Below, piece by piece: positions 1 through 13,813 of a stretch of DNA of 64,000 nt (position 1 is its first letter; each line of letters starts with the position of its first letter). Position numbers and translations under genes: made by a program. The notes beneath the pieces were generated by a model. That model saw only the letters and a program-made list of their open reading frames with translations, did not search any database and had not been told where the DNA came from. Source of the stretch: Chrysomallon squamiferum (lineage: Eukaryota > Animalia > Mollusca); assembly GCA_012295275.1 (NCBI GenBank), contig CM022665.1:24614001-24678000 (forward strand), given 5' to 3'.

Positions 1-352
1 ACAAAAATTCAACTTTAAAAAAAAAAATCTTGTAAGCATTTCTTATTTCATGTGGTTAATAAATATTTTATGTAATTTTGATACAATCATAGACAATTTA
101 AGGTGAAACTTTAAATTAATTTATGATACATTTTGCAAAATGTAATACCATTGTGCATCTTGCAGAACAAAGGAATGATTGGCAACCATTTTGAATTTTG
201 ATGTCACCTAACCAGTAAGAGACATTAGAGTTTGGTCTATTATCAGTTTTATTCTATGTGAAAATATTCCATCTGATGACGTGTCATTTTAAAATATGCT
301 AAAGGATGGTTTAAATTAATGCAAAGGGGAATATTAGTGTCATGTTTTGAAT

Positions 353-747
353 GGGATATGGACAAAAGCCCCTGAATCCAAAATTGCATAGGCAGACAAA
401 AGCCTCCAGTAGAAATGTAACAAAGAACAAAAAAAAAAAAAAAAAAAAACTGTGAAAAAACAAGTCAAGTGATTATACTTTAATATAAATTCTCTGTTTA
501 AATTTGATCCTTCATCTTAATTGTGATTATTATCACAGCTATTCTGTAGTAATTGATTACATTGATCAAATGAACAAATTGATAATCATGCCATTATTAT
601 GCTGATTTTGATAAAGATATGTAGTATGTATGGTTTAATAAAATGGTGGTTTGAAAAGTTGCTTTCTTTCTTTTGTGGAATATTGTCCTACTCTACATTT
701 CATCTGGGTGGGGCTTAATTTTTCACTGGGGGTGCTTTTGTCTTACC
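353..747. mobile_element. Probable non-autonomous DNA transposon (MITE)
   Basis: Imperfect inverted ends GGACAAAAGCCCC (~361) and GGGGGTGCTTTTGTCTT (~727-743), an internal subterminal GACAAAAGCC repeat, and an AT-rich non-coding interior. Confidence 0.45.
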
Positions 748-1426
748 TCGCAAATTCATTTAGGGGGGAGCTTTTTTCTATTTTTTGACTTTTTTTGTTT
801 GTTCTACGTTCATTTTCTACACTCTGCTGATTATTTCTCTTTTAAAGAAGGCAAAGCTACACACTGTTTTAGTTGGAAGGCACTGTTAAAACATAACAAT
901 CAGCATATTAACTTCTAATAAATATATAACAAGGAAACAAAACAAATATGTAGGCCTCTATAATATTTCAATGTACTTTTATGCTTATTTTATTTTTTCT
1001 CTCAAATACAAAACAAGAATACAAAGTGGACGCTTACAACAAATTTACCAATATGGAACATTTTTTTTTTTTTTTTTGAAAGATAGAACATGTTCAACTT
1101 CCAAAACGCACAATAATAACAAAAAAAATCAGTTGTTATAATAATAATAAAATATGTGGCACCAATTTCTTTGTTTAAATTAATTTGTGTTGATAAACTT
1201 GTTATCATTTTGTAAAATTAAAACAATTGAAAAATGTTTAAAGTGGTAAAACAGAAAAACAAAACATTTTCTTAAAAACTACAACGTCCCTGAGCGCTTG
1301 TATATTATAATCATTTTCTACTTAAAATTAATTTACAAGTTGCATTAGGTTTTAATATTGTTCTCTTGCAGTTAAAATTGTGGTGCTCAGGGTGGTTCCA
1401 GGATTCGTGGAGATATTATGTAGTTA

Positions 1427-4400
1427 TTATGAGCATACTCCTGAAGGCTCTGGTTTGAAAAGTTCACACAAACCCAGGTCTTTCTGTTCCACTTCATCTG
1501 ATGCTGGCTTTCTATGTTTGTGGTGGAACAAAGGAGGGAGATTTTTGTACTGAATTTCCCTCTGGAACTGCTGTCCAATATTTTTCTGAAAATATTAATA
1601 TTAAATTAACAACAACAACAACAACAACACCAATAATAATAGTATGAAATAAAGTTTATTTTCTAATGAAAAATATAAAAACAGATCAAACAATATTTAT
1701 TTATTTACTGTTTCATTTAATGATGAATTTCAGATGAAACCAAAATGGTTCATAATATCCATAAAAATGGTAAAATATACATTTCTTAAAAAGAAATTAA
1801 TACTAAAATTATGTTCTATACTAGTCCATAATTAAGAATACCTCAAGCCAAAATCAACAAAACATTCCATACACAACACTGTTTGGGATCATGGAGTGTG
1901 TCTGCTTCTTGCAGTTATTTCAATTTTGAGTGGATACATCCACTTAGCACAAGGAAAGGGTTAAGACTCATTCCTTAAAAAAGGTGAGAACATTTTCCTA
2001 ACCTGCATTAATGACAGATCACAACACACTTTAATGATCTTGAAATTCACAAAAACAGAATTTAAATGTTATATTTACCCCAATGATTTCAAAAACCAGC
2101 CGTTTAAAAGAGTCTTTCTTCTTTTTCTCTGCTATCTGCTTCTGCACAATCTTTTCATCAAAAGTCTGAAATTAAAACAGTAGCAAATTAACTCTCAAAA
2201 TATCTGTATTTGTAAAACACAAAAAACAACAAACTAATGTGTGTGTGTGTGTGTTTGAAATGCTTGTTATAAACAACATCTCAAGCTAAATTTCCATTCT
2301 AACATTAGTTATTACATGTCAAACAAATGATTCTATATTAACAGTACAAGACAGGAAGAAATTCATGAGCTACTTTTACTAATTATTAAGCTAAAAATCT
2401 ATTGTAAGGGTCCACTGACAGCACTCAGACAGATTTATTATAAAATGAATTATTTTCAGATCACTGAACAATAACAAAATATCTATTTTTAGCTACTATA
2501 AAAAAACTATTATTTTTCCTTCAATACAAGTCCCCAAAAAACAATTTTTGGGCCAAATAATTGTGACTAAGTTTTTGTTCAGAATGCTTGAAGTTAAAAT
2601 TTCAGTTTTTAGTATTAAAAATATGTCAATAATAAACGCCAGTTTCTCGTATTTTTACCATAATAAAGCTTCAAAAACCTGAGTTAAATACTTACCTCCA
2701 CAGCTTGTTGAGATACTCCAGGCAGTTGTAAAAGGACATTTGAGATTTCAGGAAACAGAGGTCTCTGTGAATAATTAAATTTTATAAAATAAATACAAAC
2801 ATTTTGATAATAATAATAATAGTAACAACAGTAATAATGGTAGCAATTTTAAGACACATAAACACACACATACACACACACACAAGAATGAAACATTTTA
2901 AATTTAAAAAACAGTGACATAAGAAAATGAAACCTCTGTTAACTGAAAAAAAGTATATGTATGTATGTGTATATATTTATAAATAGAAATTTACTAGAAC
3001 AAAATTAGTTGAATTACTACTGGTGGCAATAACAGTAATAATAGAAGTAATAAAAGCTGTTTCAATAATATGTGCAAAAGTAAATGTGATAGTAGTAATA
3101 GTAGTCAAATGTTGCTTGATAATGGTAATAATGATAGTTTCTTGATAATGATAATAGTGATAGTTGCTTGATAATGATAATGGAAATAGTTGCTTGATAA
3201 TGATAATAGTAACAGTTACTTGATATTGCTAATAGTGACAGCAGCTTGATATGGTAGTAATAACAATATTGCTAATAGTGTTAATAATAATGTAATAACA
3301 GAACAGGAAATGATAGAAATAAAAATATGATCAAGATGAGAACTTACCAATACTTCATAGACTTGTAGTCCAAGTGAAAGTAATTGAGCTTGGCAAGATT
3401 CGTGTTGACCATGGACTCGTAATCCAAACAGAACAGAGGAGAAAGCATGTGCTGAAGCTTCACTTGTCATCTTTTTGTCAGCAACAATCTACAGTTAAAT
3501 AAAGTGACTTTTACAATATCCTTCTATAAAATGTTGAATATGTAAGTACACTAATAAGGAAAATGAAAATAATGAAATAAATCCAACTATAAAACAAACC
3601 ATCTAATGTAAAATTAAAATAAATATTATGTAAAATATATTTAAAAAGTACAAAATAAAAAAAATAAAAAGAAAAGAAAATAACTTTTGATCATTCAGTG
3701 ATATGTGCTTAAATGAAGATTGGCTTAACCTGAACAGTTCAAAACTGAATGGCAAGTATCACTAAAAAAAAGTATTTACAAATATTTTAAAATGATTACA
3801 CGAACAATATAAAGTTACTGTAAACAATAAACTTGTTCATTCTAAAAGTATCTGTAAAAATCATTATCATATCTTTTATTTATATGTAACAATTATTTTG
3901 AATTTTATTTTAATATGCCTAAAGTAATGTTAAATTTATTTAACTCTTTTGTCCAGTGAAGCACACAATACCTTAAAACACAGAATAAAACTATAGTAAG
4001 CTTTAAAATGAGATTTAAAAAAGAAATTTATGTCACCTGTTTGAGCAAAGGCAAACACAGACCAGTACACTTGTTACATGTGGCTGTGTCATTCCAAGAC
4101 AGGCTATTGAACACACAAAGGAACACTGATGGAAACAAAGCCTGTTGATGAAATAAAAAATTAAAAAATATGTTTCCTGAAAGCCAGTTAATCAAAATAC
4201 ATTGAAATTAATATTATCAAATACCTAAGTTTCTAATTTGCTTCAGCTACCGTTTTCAAAACATTTCAAACCAGAGTTTGAATAATCTGAATTTAGCCAA
4301 TTTGTTGCTATATATGAGGCAAAATTGTATATGAAATAATATGTTTTGAAATCAGCCATGTGGTGTCCATAGTACTGTCCTAAAATAATATAAAATACTT

Positions 4401-7244
4401 GCACAATTATAACAAGAAGAATAATGACATTACAGAGAATTTATGTACCAATAAGATTAACAAAAACCAACTATAATGATGGTATCATTAACCGACAATA
4501 GTAAACACGTAATACTGATGTTGTAGGTAGAAAAATGATATAACAGTAAGATTAGGAATTAAATATTTATGAATGAAAATAATTCTGGCACACTAACAAT
4601 ACTACAGCAATGATAGTAAATGTGACACCAACAGCAATAATAATTATAATGAAGATATGTAGATGATGATAAAATTTCACTGATATTACTTTAAGATATG
4701 AAACTAATATTATATATGTACAAATAACATTTTTTTTAATAATAATAATAATATTATAACAACAATAATCATAATAATTAGTAATATGAAAATAAAATAA
4801 TAAAACTGGAAAAAAGCTAACAAATGTTACATATATTTGAGACACATTTCTAAGAGTATTACAGAAGTTACATTTCTAACAGATTTACAACAAAAAAAGA
4901 AATATATTTCTTAGAGTGCTCCAAAAAATACATTAGTAAGATCGTAACAAAAATGGAGAGAGAAAAACAATTGGTGCTTACATCAGTTCTCATGCAGAGC
5001 TGTCCGAGTTCACTGAGGTTTTCGCAGTGTTTGTTGGAATTACTGGGTGCAGTCATGCCGTCCTCTTCTGTGTCCATGTCATCAGACATAAGAGACTCTG
5101 TATGTCCACGTCGAGTGAAGCACACAATACCTTAAAACACAGATTTAAACAACTACTGATCAGTTTTATGTACACTTTCAAAACTTCTTCATAGATTTAC
5201 CTTGTCCAGTGAAGCACACAATACCGTAAAACACAGATTTAAACAACTACTGTTCAGTTTTATATACACTTTCAAAACTTCTTCATAGATTTATATAAAT
5301 AGTTAATTCTTTGAACATTTTGTAACAGTATTTTGTCAAATGTTCAAAGAATTAAACATTTGTAAATTTGTTTTTAAATATTTAGATAAATCTCTCAATG
5401 AACGTTTGAAAATGCATTTAAAAATGATAAGTAATTGTTTAAATTTCTATTTTTAATATTAGTACAGCTTGAGAATTCCTTATCCAAAATGCTTCGGACT
5501 GGAATTTTTCAGATTATGAAATATAAAGAGAGAGCCTGACAAAAAATCCAAATCTAAATACAAATACAATTTATATTTTATATAGGATTTACACAGAGAG
5601 CCTGCAGAATTTTTTATATTATAATTTTAATAATTCTGTGCACAAAATAAAGCAAAACAATCAGAAAAGTGTAAGATATCACTATTTCTGTTGCTTAGAA
5701 AAAGTTTCGATTTTGGAGCTTTTTGGATTTCATAAATTCAGATAAGTGGTCCTCAACCTGTGCTAAGATAAATTGTAATCAAATTATAACACTCTCTCTG
5801 ACATACTTAGAAGATCTACATATTCTCTTGTCAGCTGTCTTGTCAACTGGTCCTCTATCACCTCAGATTCCTCTTCATCATTATCTTTTCTGTTAAATAA
5901 AACAACATTTCAATTGAAAACTGTTCAGAATACTTTAAATGATGTCTCTAAAATATTACTTTTTGTAATAATGACATTCAAGAACTGAAATACAATGCTG
6001 CCAGTTATTTTCGCTGATTACCAACAAGAGATTCTGCCAACCTCACTGAACAAGTTGAAGTTGTTAAGCAGCTGGACTTAAACCAGTATTTCAGTACTAG
6101 ATTATGCACAGAACTGATTGGGAAGGTGTAAATTTATTTGATTCTTTTTCTATTTAAAAACCCCCAAAACAAAACCAATAAAAAATGGTTCTTGGATGAA
6201 TGGAAGCACAGACACAGACACAGTCAGTCAGTCACACACACACACAGACACATTTCAGATATGTTCACTGTCTGAATGGATCTTCTAAATGCAGTTTCAC
6301 CGATATAAATTACAGGTCATAAAGAAATAAAACATTATGTATCAGTATGCATTTTTTTTTTTTTTTTGAATTTTGTTGTTGTTGTTGTTGATGACAATTA
6401 TAAGACTATTTTCAACTTCAGTGCTTAAAATGTTTTTTAAAAATCTAATAAAATTAAAAAATGTATTCAATATTTACTTACTCTTCATTTTGTGCTTCAA
6501 TATATGTCTGATTTATCTGCTGCCATCTTGCTCCCAGTCTCTGAAAAACAATATAAAAAATAATAATAATAAAATATCTGTGACATATATTATAAATATT
6601 AATTCACTGCTGGATATATACATATTTATGCACAAACTCACCTGCAACATGTAAGGGCACAGTTTGGTTAAAATGGGAATAACAGCACTAGAGTAACATT
6701 CTTTTGGACAGTTCAGTACAAATGGCTTTGTGAAAACACTTGAAACCAGTTAAGGGGTATGAACAATAAACTGTATGTCTTTTGTTATGTTTATTTAGTA
6801 ATACAACAAACTTGAAACATTTAGTAATAATAATAATAATCATAATAATAATAAGAAGAACAATAGCAGTAACAACAATAACAACAAGAGTAATAATTAC
6901 AAGAAAAACATTAATAATAATTATAGTAATGATAGTAACAAAAACAACTATGATGACAACAATAGTAATAATTATAACAGTAAAACAATAAAACTAATAA
7001 TAACAATAGTAATGATGATGATGACAACAACAACAAAACAAAAGTGGTGGGTGTTGTGATGTAAAGGATATGAATCACAGGTTTAAATCTGTAGTCAGGC
7101 ATGTTTTCTACACAGTTGAAAACTGAGTCCAAAAGACACTGGGCAAGATTTGGTGCTGAATAGAATTCATAACCCAAACACAGACCAGCATTCCCCAGTA
7201 TGTGAAACCTGAAATGAGGAAAACCAAAACAAACAAACAAACAA

Positions 7245-7280
<36 letters not shown>

Positions 7281-8785
7281 ACAGAAAAATAAAATAAAAT
7301 AAAAATTACATAAAATTATACATTTATCTGTGTGAATACTAATCAAGTAAAATATTGGTTAACTATTATTTCTTACTTTTTATCTCTTTAATTATTAATA
7401 ATATATACGGTTGACCCTTGATTTCATGCACCTTGGTTTTCTTGATTTCCTGAAATCCAGAATAAATCTGAACATGACTTATAGGAACTACTAAGTTATT
7501 CTGAGTCCAACTATATGATTACGGCAACCCTATCTCAACCCATTTTCCATCAAGGTGAGAATACATTTTACAACTGCACCCAATACCACCCATAACCTAT
7601 CAAACTTCATGCAAGCTAGCCTACTTTTTCTACTGTACGTTTTTTCTTTACGTATAATGCATGACATCTATTTACCATGTTTTTATGTCTGTATATTTTT
7701 CCTACTTGTTTTGGTAAATTTTAGGGTTAATGTTTACATTCATGACTTCCTGGACTTTTGCATTTTCCAGACCAGTGCTCCCCCTATCAGTTCATGAAAT
7801 CAAGGGTCAACAATACATATATTTTTCATTTCTTTCTTTTATTTAGTAGATACATTTTTAAAATTAAAATTTTAAAATAAAAATATTAAATAAAAGAATG
7901 AACTGAGACTATAATAGTGTAAGAAATTATAAATAGGAAGGAAAATCTAATATTTCAGTCTGAACTTATTTTAACAAACAATTCATCATTTAACCAACAA
8001 ATGCAAATAATGTTGTATAACATTAGAACATATTGTGAGGAAAACAAACATTTCAGTAAAAGTATTGTCCTGTTACACAGAAATATCCTACCCATTTTCC
8101 AATATTGTTGTGAGGAAATTTTGCATTCTTTCCAGTGGACGTTTGCTTTTTGTCGATTCAGTGCTATCATTGGATGGTGCAGGAATCCCTGTAAATGTCA
8201 ATGTGTTGAAAAGTGTGTTAGAAATAATTAACATTAGCATTAAAATACTAGTTTGTTATGATTTCAATATCAAGTATAAAAATGCCAATACATTATATTT
8301 AGAAGTCCACAGGAATTAAGAATTTAAAAGCATTAAACCAGTACAAATAAAGATAATTTAACAGTAAGACTATTATTCAATTTCTGTTATTCACACAATG
8401 CATGAGAATAATTAATTATTTCCTTGGCAACATGCATTAAATTAGAATTTTATGCATATTAAAGAGACTCCAGAAAACTGGTTTACCAAGTCATGAAATA
8501 AATTATTTGTTTTTGACAGAGTAGATTACTTAGAGTTTCTTTTATACATAACATGTTTTATTTTGTAAACAACAATTTAAATAACAAATACAATTTACCT
8601 AGTATAGCATATTTATCACTTTCCTGTAAATCGTATGCTAAAGCAAAATCTGGATGACGTCTGCTCAAATACTCAGGAAGCCACAGCTGGCAAGAGGCTC
8701 TGGAAAAAAATAAATAATAATAATAATAATCATAAAATTAAAATTTCAATTATCCAAAGTTACTGCCATGCATTATATACGAGTG

Positions 8786-8816
<31 letters not shown>

Positions 8817-11800
8817 TGAAAAAACCCACCACCACCACCACCCTCCCAATGCTTATCAATTAATATAAATTGTATTTAAGAGTAACCAATGGTTTGTGAA
8901 TTGAACTGTTATGTTTATAAGATTGTCTTACTTTAGAAGGGCCATTAAATTGTCCAGTAGTTCCCTGATGTGTGATGTAGCTGGAGTTTTTCAAAATAAT
9001 ATTGCCATCAGACAAAGTTCCACTGACAAAGCAACCAGATGCTGCCAACTGAAAAAACAGGAAAATACTCTTTTGAAATTTTCATATGTACACTTTCACA
9101 TAACTAATAAAATAAAAAAAGAATATTAATACATATTACAATCATTATTTTTAATTTAGGATAAATAGATATATAAAGTGGACAAAAATGAAAAAAAAAA
9201 AAAACATAAAAAACCCAAACAATTCTGGCATTTTACAAAGTAAATTAACTTAGATGTCTGTGTTTATTTTGATTCAAGAATGAACTTGTTACTTCTCACA
9301 CTTTTCTGTTAATAGTGAAATATTAATATTCTAAATTTAGGTAAACCTTTTTGTTCTCTATAAGTCATGATCTCCTAATTACATTAGAATGTGCTATATA
9401 TCCATAAAATCAACAGTAATAAAATGTTGTAATATGTCTGTTAGCAGTCATGTAGACTCAAGAATGTACTTGAATTTCTGAAACTGTTCTGACTGAAGTT
9501 TTCTATTGGAGAATTGTATCAGTTTTCTTAATATTCTAAATTTAAGTAACTTTCTTATTCTCCATTTAAATTTTTTTAACACTTAATAAATAATAATGAA
9601 AACATATTTCTTAATCTTGATTATAATCAATAATTCTAAATACACTTTTTCTTTTTCTCCATAACTCATGGTCTTCCAAATGCTATAACTAATTACTTCA
9701 TTATGCATTTATAGATTTTTTGACAATTCAGTTTCATCTGTGCTAGTTTGAATTTCTGAGATTATTCTGCCTTCAAACTTGGGGCTTTTTTTTTATTTCA
9801 TGTTGTTTTTAAATTGAATTGTTATCAATAACTATATTATTCTAAATTTTTATAAACCTCTTTTTTTTTTTTTTTTCCATTACAACATGGCTTTGTACAA
9901 CTAATTAATTTAACATATACTATAGGCATGGCATTTAAAAAAAAAAATTATAAATGTGTTTTTAAAAATCAGTTTAGAACAATTATAAAATGTTGTAATA
10001 TGTCTGTTAGCAGTCATGTAGACTCAAGAATGTACTTGAATTTCTGAAACTGTTCTGACTGATGTTTTCTATTGGAGAATTGTATCAGTTTTCTTAATAT
10101 TCTAAATTTAAGTAACTTTCTTATTCTCCATTTAAAATATTTTTAATAAATAAAAATGAAAATAATTAAAATTATAATCAATAATATTTTTTTTTTCTCC
10201 ATAAATCATAACCTTCCAAATGCTATAACTAATTACTTCATTATGCATTTATAGATTTTTTAACAATTCAGTTTCATCTGTGCTAGCGAACAAATACTGC
10301 AAGTTTCAATTTCTGAGATTATTCTGACTTCAAACTTCAGGATTTTGTTTTATTTCAAGTTGTTTTTAAATTGAATTGTTATCAATAACCATATTATTCT
10401 AAAGTTTATAACTTTTTTTCTTGAATTTTTTTCCATTACAACATGAACATTTTGTATAACCAATTAATTTTTTTTTTTTTTTTTGCAAATGTATTTTTAA
10501 AAATCAGTTTAGAACAATTATAAAATGATGTAATATGTCTGTTAGCAGTCATGTAGACTCAAGAATGTACTTGAATTTCTGAAACTGTTCTGACTGAAGT
10601 TTTCTATTGGAGAATTGTATCAGTTTTCTTAATATTCTAAATTTAAGTAACTTTCTTATTCTCCATTTAGAAATTTTAACAACTAATTAAAAATGAAAAC
10701 ATATTTCTTAATCTTGATTATAATTAATAATTCTAAATATTTTTTTTCTTTTATCACAAAATTCATGCCTTCAAAACATAACTGATTACTTTATTAAACA
10801 TTTGTAATTTTTCTTTTATCTGTACAGTCATATAGACTCATAAATACACCTGAATGTTCTTGAAATTTGTTGGGACTGGGGAGGGTTTTGTTGTTTTTAA
10901 ACTGAATTGTTATCAGTTTAACTGTATTATTCTAAATTTAATAACCTTTTTTTTTTTTTTTTTTTCCATTTAAAATATTTTAACAACTGATTAATTTAAA
11001 ATGAAATATGCACATAGTATTTTTTTATATATAATAAAATCAGTTCTAACAGTAATAAAATTTGTAATATTTCTCAGTCATGTAGACTCAAGAATGCCTT
11101 CCAAATTTCTGAAACTGTTCTGACTGAAGTTTTCTATTGGAGAATTTATAGTTTTTTTAATATTCTAAATTTAAGTAACTTTCTTATTTCCATTTAAAAT
11201 TTTTTAACACTTAATAAATAATAACTTCTGACTGAAGTTTTCTATTGGAGAATTGTATCAGTTTTCTTAATATTCTAAATTTAAGTAACTTTCTTATTCT
11301 CCATTTAAAATTTTTTAACATTTAAGAAATAATAATGAAAACATATTTCTTAATCTTGATTATAATTAATAATTCTAAATACACTTTTTCTTTTTATTTT
11401 TTCCATTACAACATGGCTTTGTACAACTAATTAATTTAACATATACTATAGACATGGCATTTAAAAAAAAAAATTATAAATGTGTTTTTAAAAATCAGTT
11501 TAGAACAATTATAAAATGATGTAATATGTCTGTTAGCAGTCATGTAGACTCAAGAATGTACTTGAATTTCTGAAACTGTTCTGACTGATGTTTTCTATAG
11601 GAGAATTGTATCAGTTATCTTAATATTCTAAATTTAAGTAACTTTCTTATTCTCCACAGAAAATATTTTGACAATCAAGAAGTCAAAATAATAATGTCTC
11701 CTCAAAATAAAAAAATTATTTGTTTTAAAAATGTATTGAATTTTAAATTCTTAAATGCTGTTATTTCGCTGTATATTTAACTGCACACTGTATTGAAAGA

Positions 11801-13255
11801 TTTCGAATGTAACCAGACCTGTTCTACTCATCTTAAGTTACCAAACTGAAATGACATGTAAGACTAAGAGTCCTGTAGCCTTTCAGACTCATTCCTAGCT
11901 GAGAGATAATTCTGCCTGTTGATTTCTACAGAAGTCAATCAGTTATATTCTATAGTTAAATAACCTTCCTATTCTCCAAGAACATATTTTAAGAATCATT
12001 AAATCAAAATATGAAAGTATTTCTTGAAGCTAGTAAAACAAAATACGCTGAAATAAATATTATCAGCCACCATTTTCAGATCACATTTTGAATAAACAAA
12101 TATAATTAATGTGTTGCTATATTTGTTGAGAAATTATATATAAAATAATGCATGTTTTGAAATATTTCATGTAAACTCCACAACAATGCCCACAAGATGA
12201 TATACTGTTCAGATTTTCAGTAGCACATATATAAAAATTAATGTCATACCACTATAATAATTATAAAAAGTAATATTTCTTGAAACAGCCATGTAACTGC
12301 CATAATATATCTTTACAAGATGACAGACTGTTCTGACTGTTTTTATTTTCTGTAAGAGAAGTTTATCTATACCAGACTCTAGTTTTGTATTTAGCAGAGT
12401 GTAACTTTCTAAATAACATATTTTCTATTTTCTCACACTAGGATCATCAGGCCACTTCGATCTCTTTATAACAGCCAAGATCATACTGATGCAGTATGAA
12501 ATCTGGAAGTAATATAAAGAAAAAGAAGAAAAAAATTATAATATTCACATCAGCCTGTTATGGATTTCATATGATTGAGACAAAAGATGTATACAATTTT
12601 AACTGGTAATTTAATAAACAAAAAACATACATACTTTACATTAATTGATGTTCACATGTGAATGATACTGTCATTTCATAGATTTAATATAATCATTAAA
12701 AAAGCTAAAGTTACTGTGATATTTGAAATTAATGTGATTTTAATAAAAGATAAAAAAAAGTATTGTTTTAAATAATAATAATAATAATGGACTTTTATCA
12801 TTTCATAGTATCAAGCATTTGTAATAAGGAGAAAACTTCTTCCAAAGACTTACATATAAATTTAATTATTTTTTGAAATGTTATAAATTATATTTAAAAT
12901 ATGAAAGAAATAATGCCTATGACAATGACAGCAATGCTGATGATGCTGGTGGTGACAAGAATAGTAAACTTACATGAGATCTGTTAATACCACACGTATC
13001 AGCAGAACTGGGCTCCACTGGGGGTTGATCCAGTCCCACATAGGACATGAACATGGCAGAATCACTGAAAGCTCTGAAATAATTAAATCAAGATATTACC
13101 ATATTTGTTATCAGCTCTGTAAACATTATACATAATTTACTAATATACTTTAGCTTAATACTAGTTGCTTTCTATTTTATTTTAACATTATTATTTTTAT
13201 TTTATATTACTACTACTTCTCCCCCTCTTACAACAACAACACCAGCACCAACAAC

Positions 13256-13299
<44 letters not shown>

Positions 13300-13782
13300 T
13301 TTGAAACTCTACATATATGAAAAGAAAACATTTACTGCTACAAAAAGTAGTAATTACTACAAATGGAAAATAACACAATATCAAAAAAATATAATTTTGC
13401 AGTTTATTTTACTGGCTGTTTTAACTAAACTGAAATAAACAATGAAATAATAATAATATTAATAAATAAAAATAATAAATATAAACAATAACAATAAAAA
13501 TCAGATATTTTCTGGGTTTTTTGCTGCAAAAGAAGTAATATGTACTTTGCAAAATATTTACTGTAAAAAAAAAAAAAAAAAAAATGAAAACATCTTACTT
13601 TGTAAAATCATGTGACATCCAAAGTTCTTTCACTGGCTGCAATACTTCTTCAATAAATAAAGACTGTTTTTCAAAGTTATTGAACTTGTTACTAAAAAAA
13701 AACAAAAAAGAATTGGACCAAAATGAAATAAGAAAAATTAAGAAAAATTAAAGGTATCAATTAAAGGTGTTAATAATTATTT

Positions 13783-13813
<31 letters not shown>

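Noticed and set aside
6373-6991. Hydrophobic Ile/Leu/Thr-rich short ORFs here and at 4567, 13202, 14978, 28346 and elsewhere
   Set aside because: They arise from (TAA)n, (CAA)n and AT-rich intron sequence and have no splice or homology support.
7955-7992. Box C (ATGATGA) and box D (CTGA) on the XPO5 sense strand
   Set aside because: Only ~35 nt apart with no terminal stem; too short for a C/D snoRNA.
9270-11990. Repeat-spacer pattern as a CRISPR-like array or snoRNA cluster
   Set aside because: Eukaryotic intron; units are ~500 bp, the spacers are homologous to each other, there are no cas genes, and there is no properly placed box C/D pair on the sense strand.
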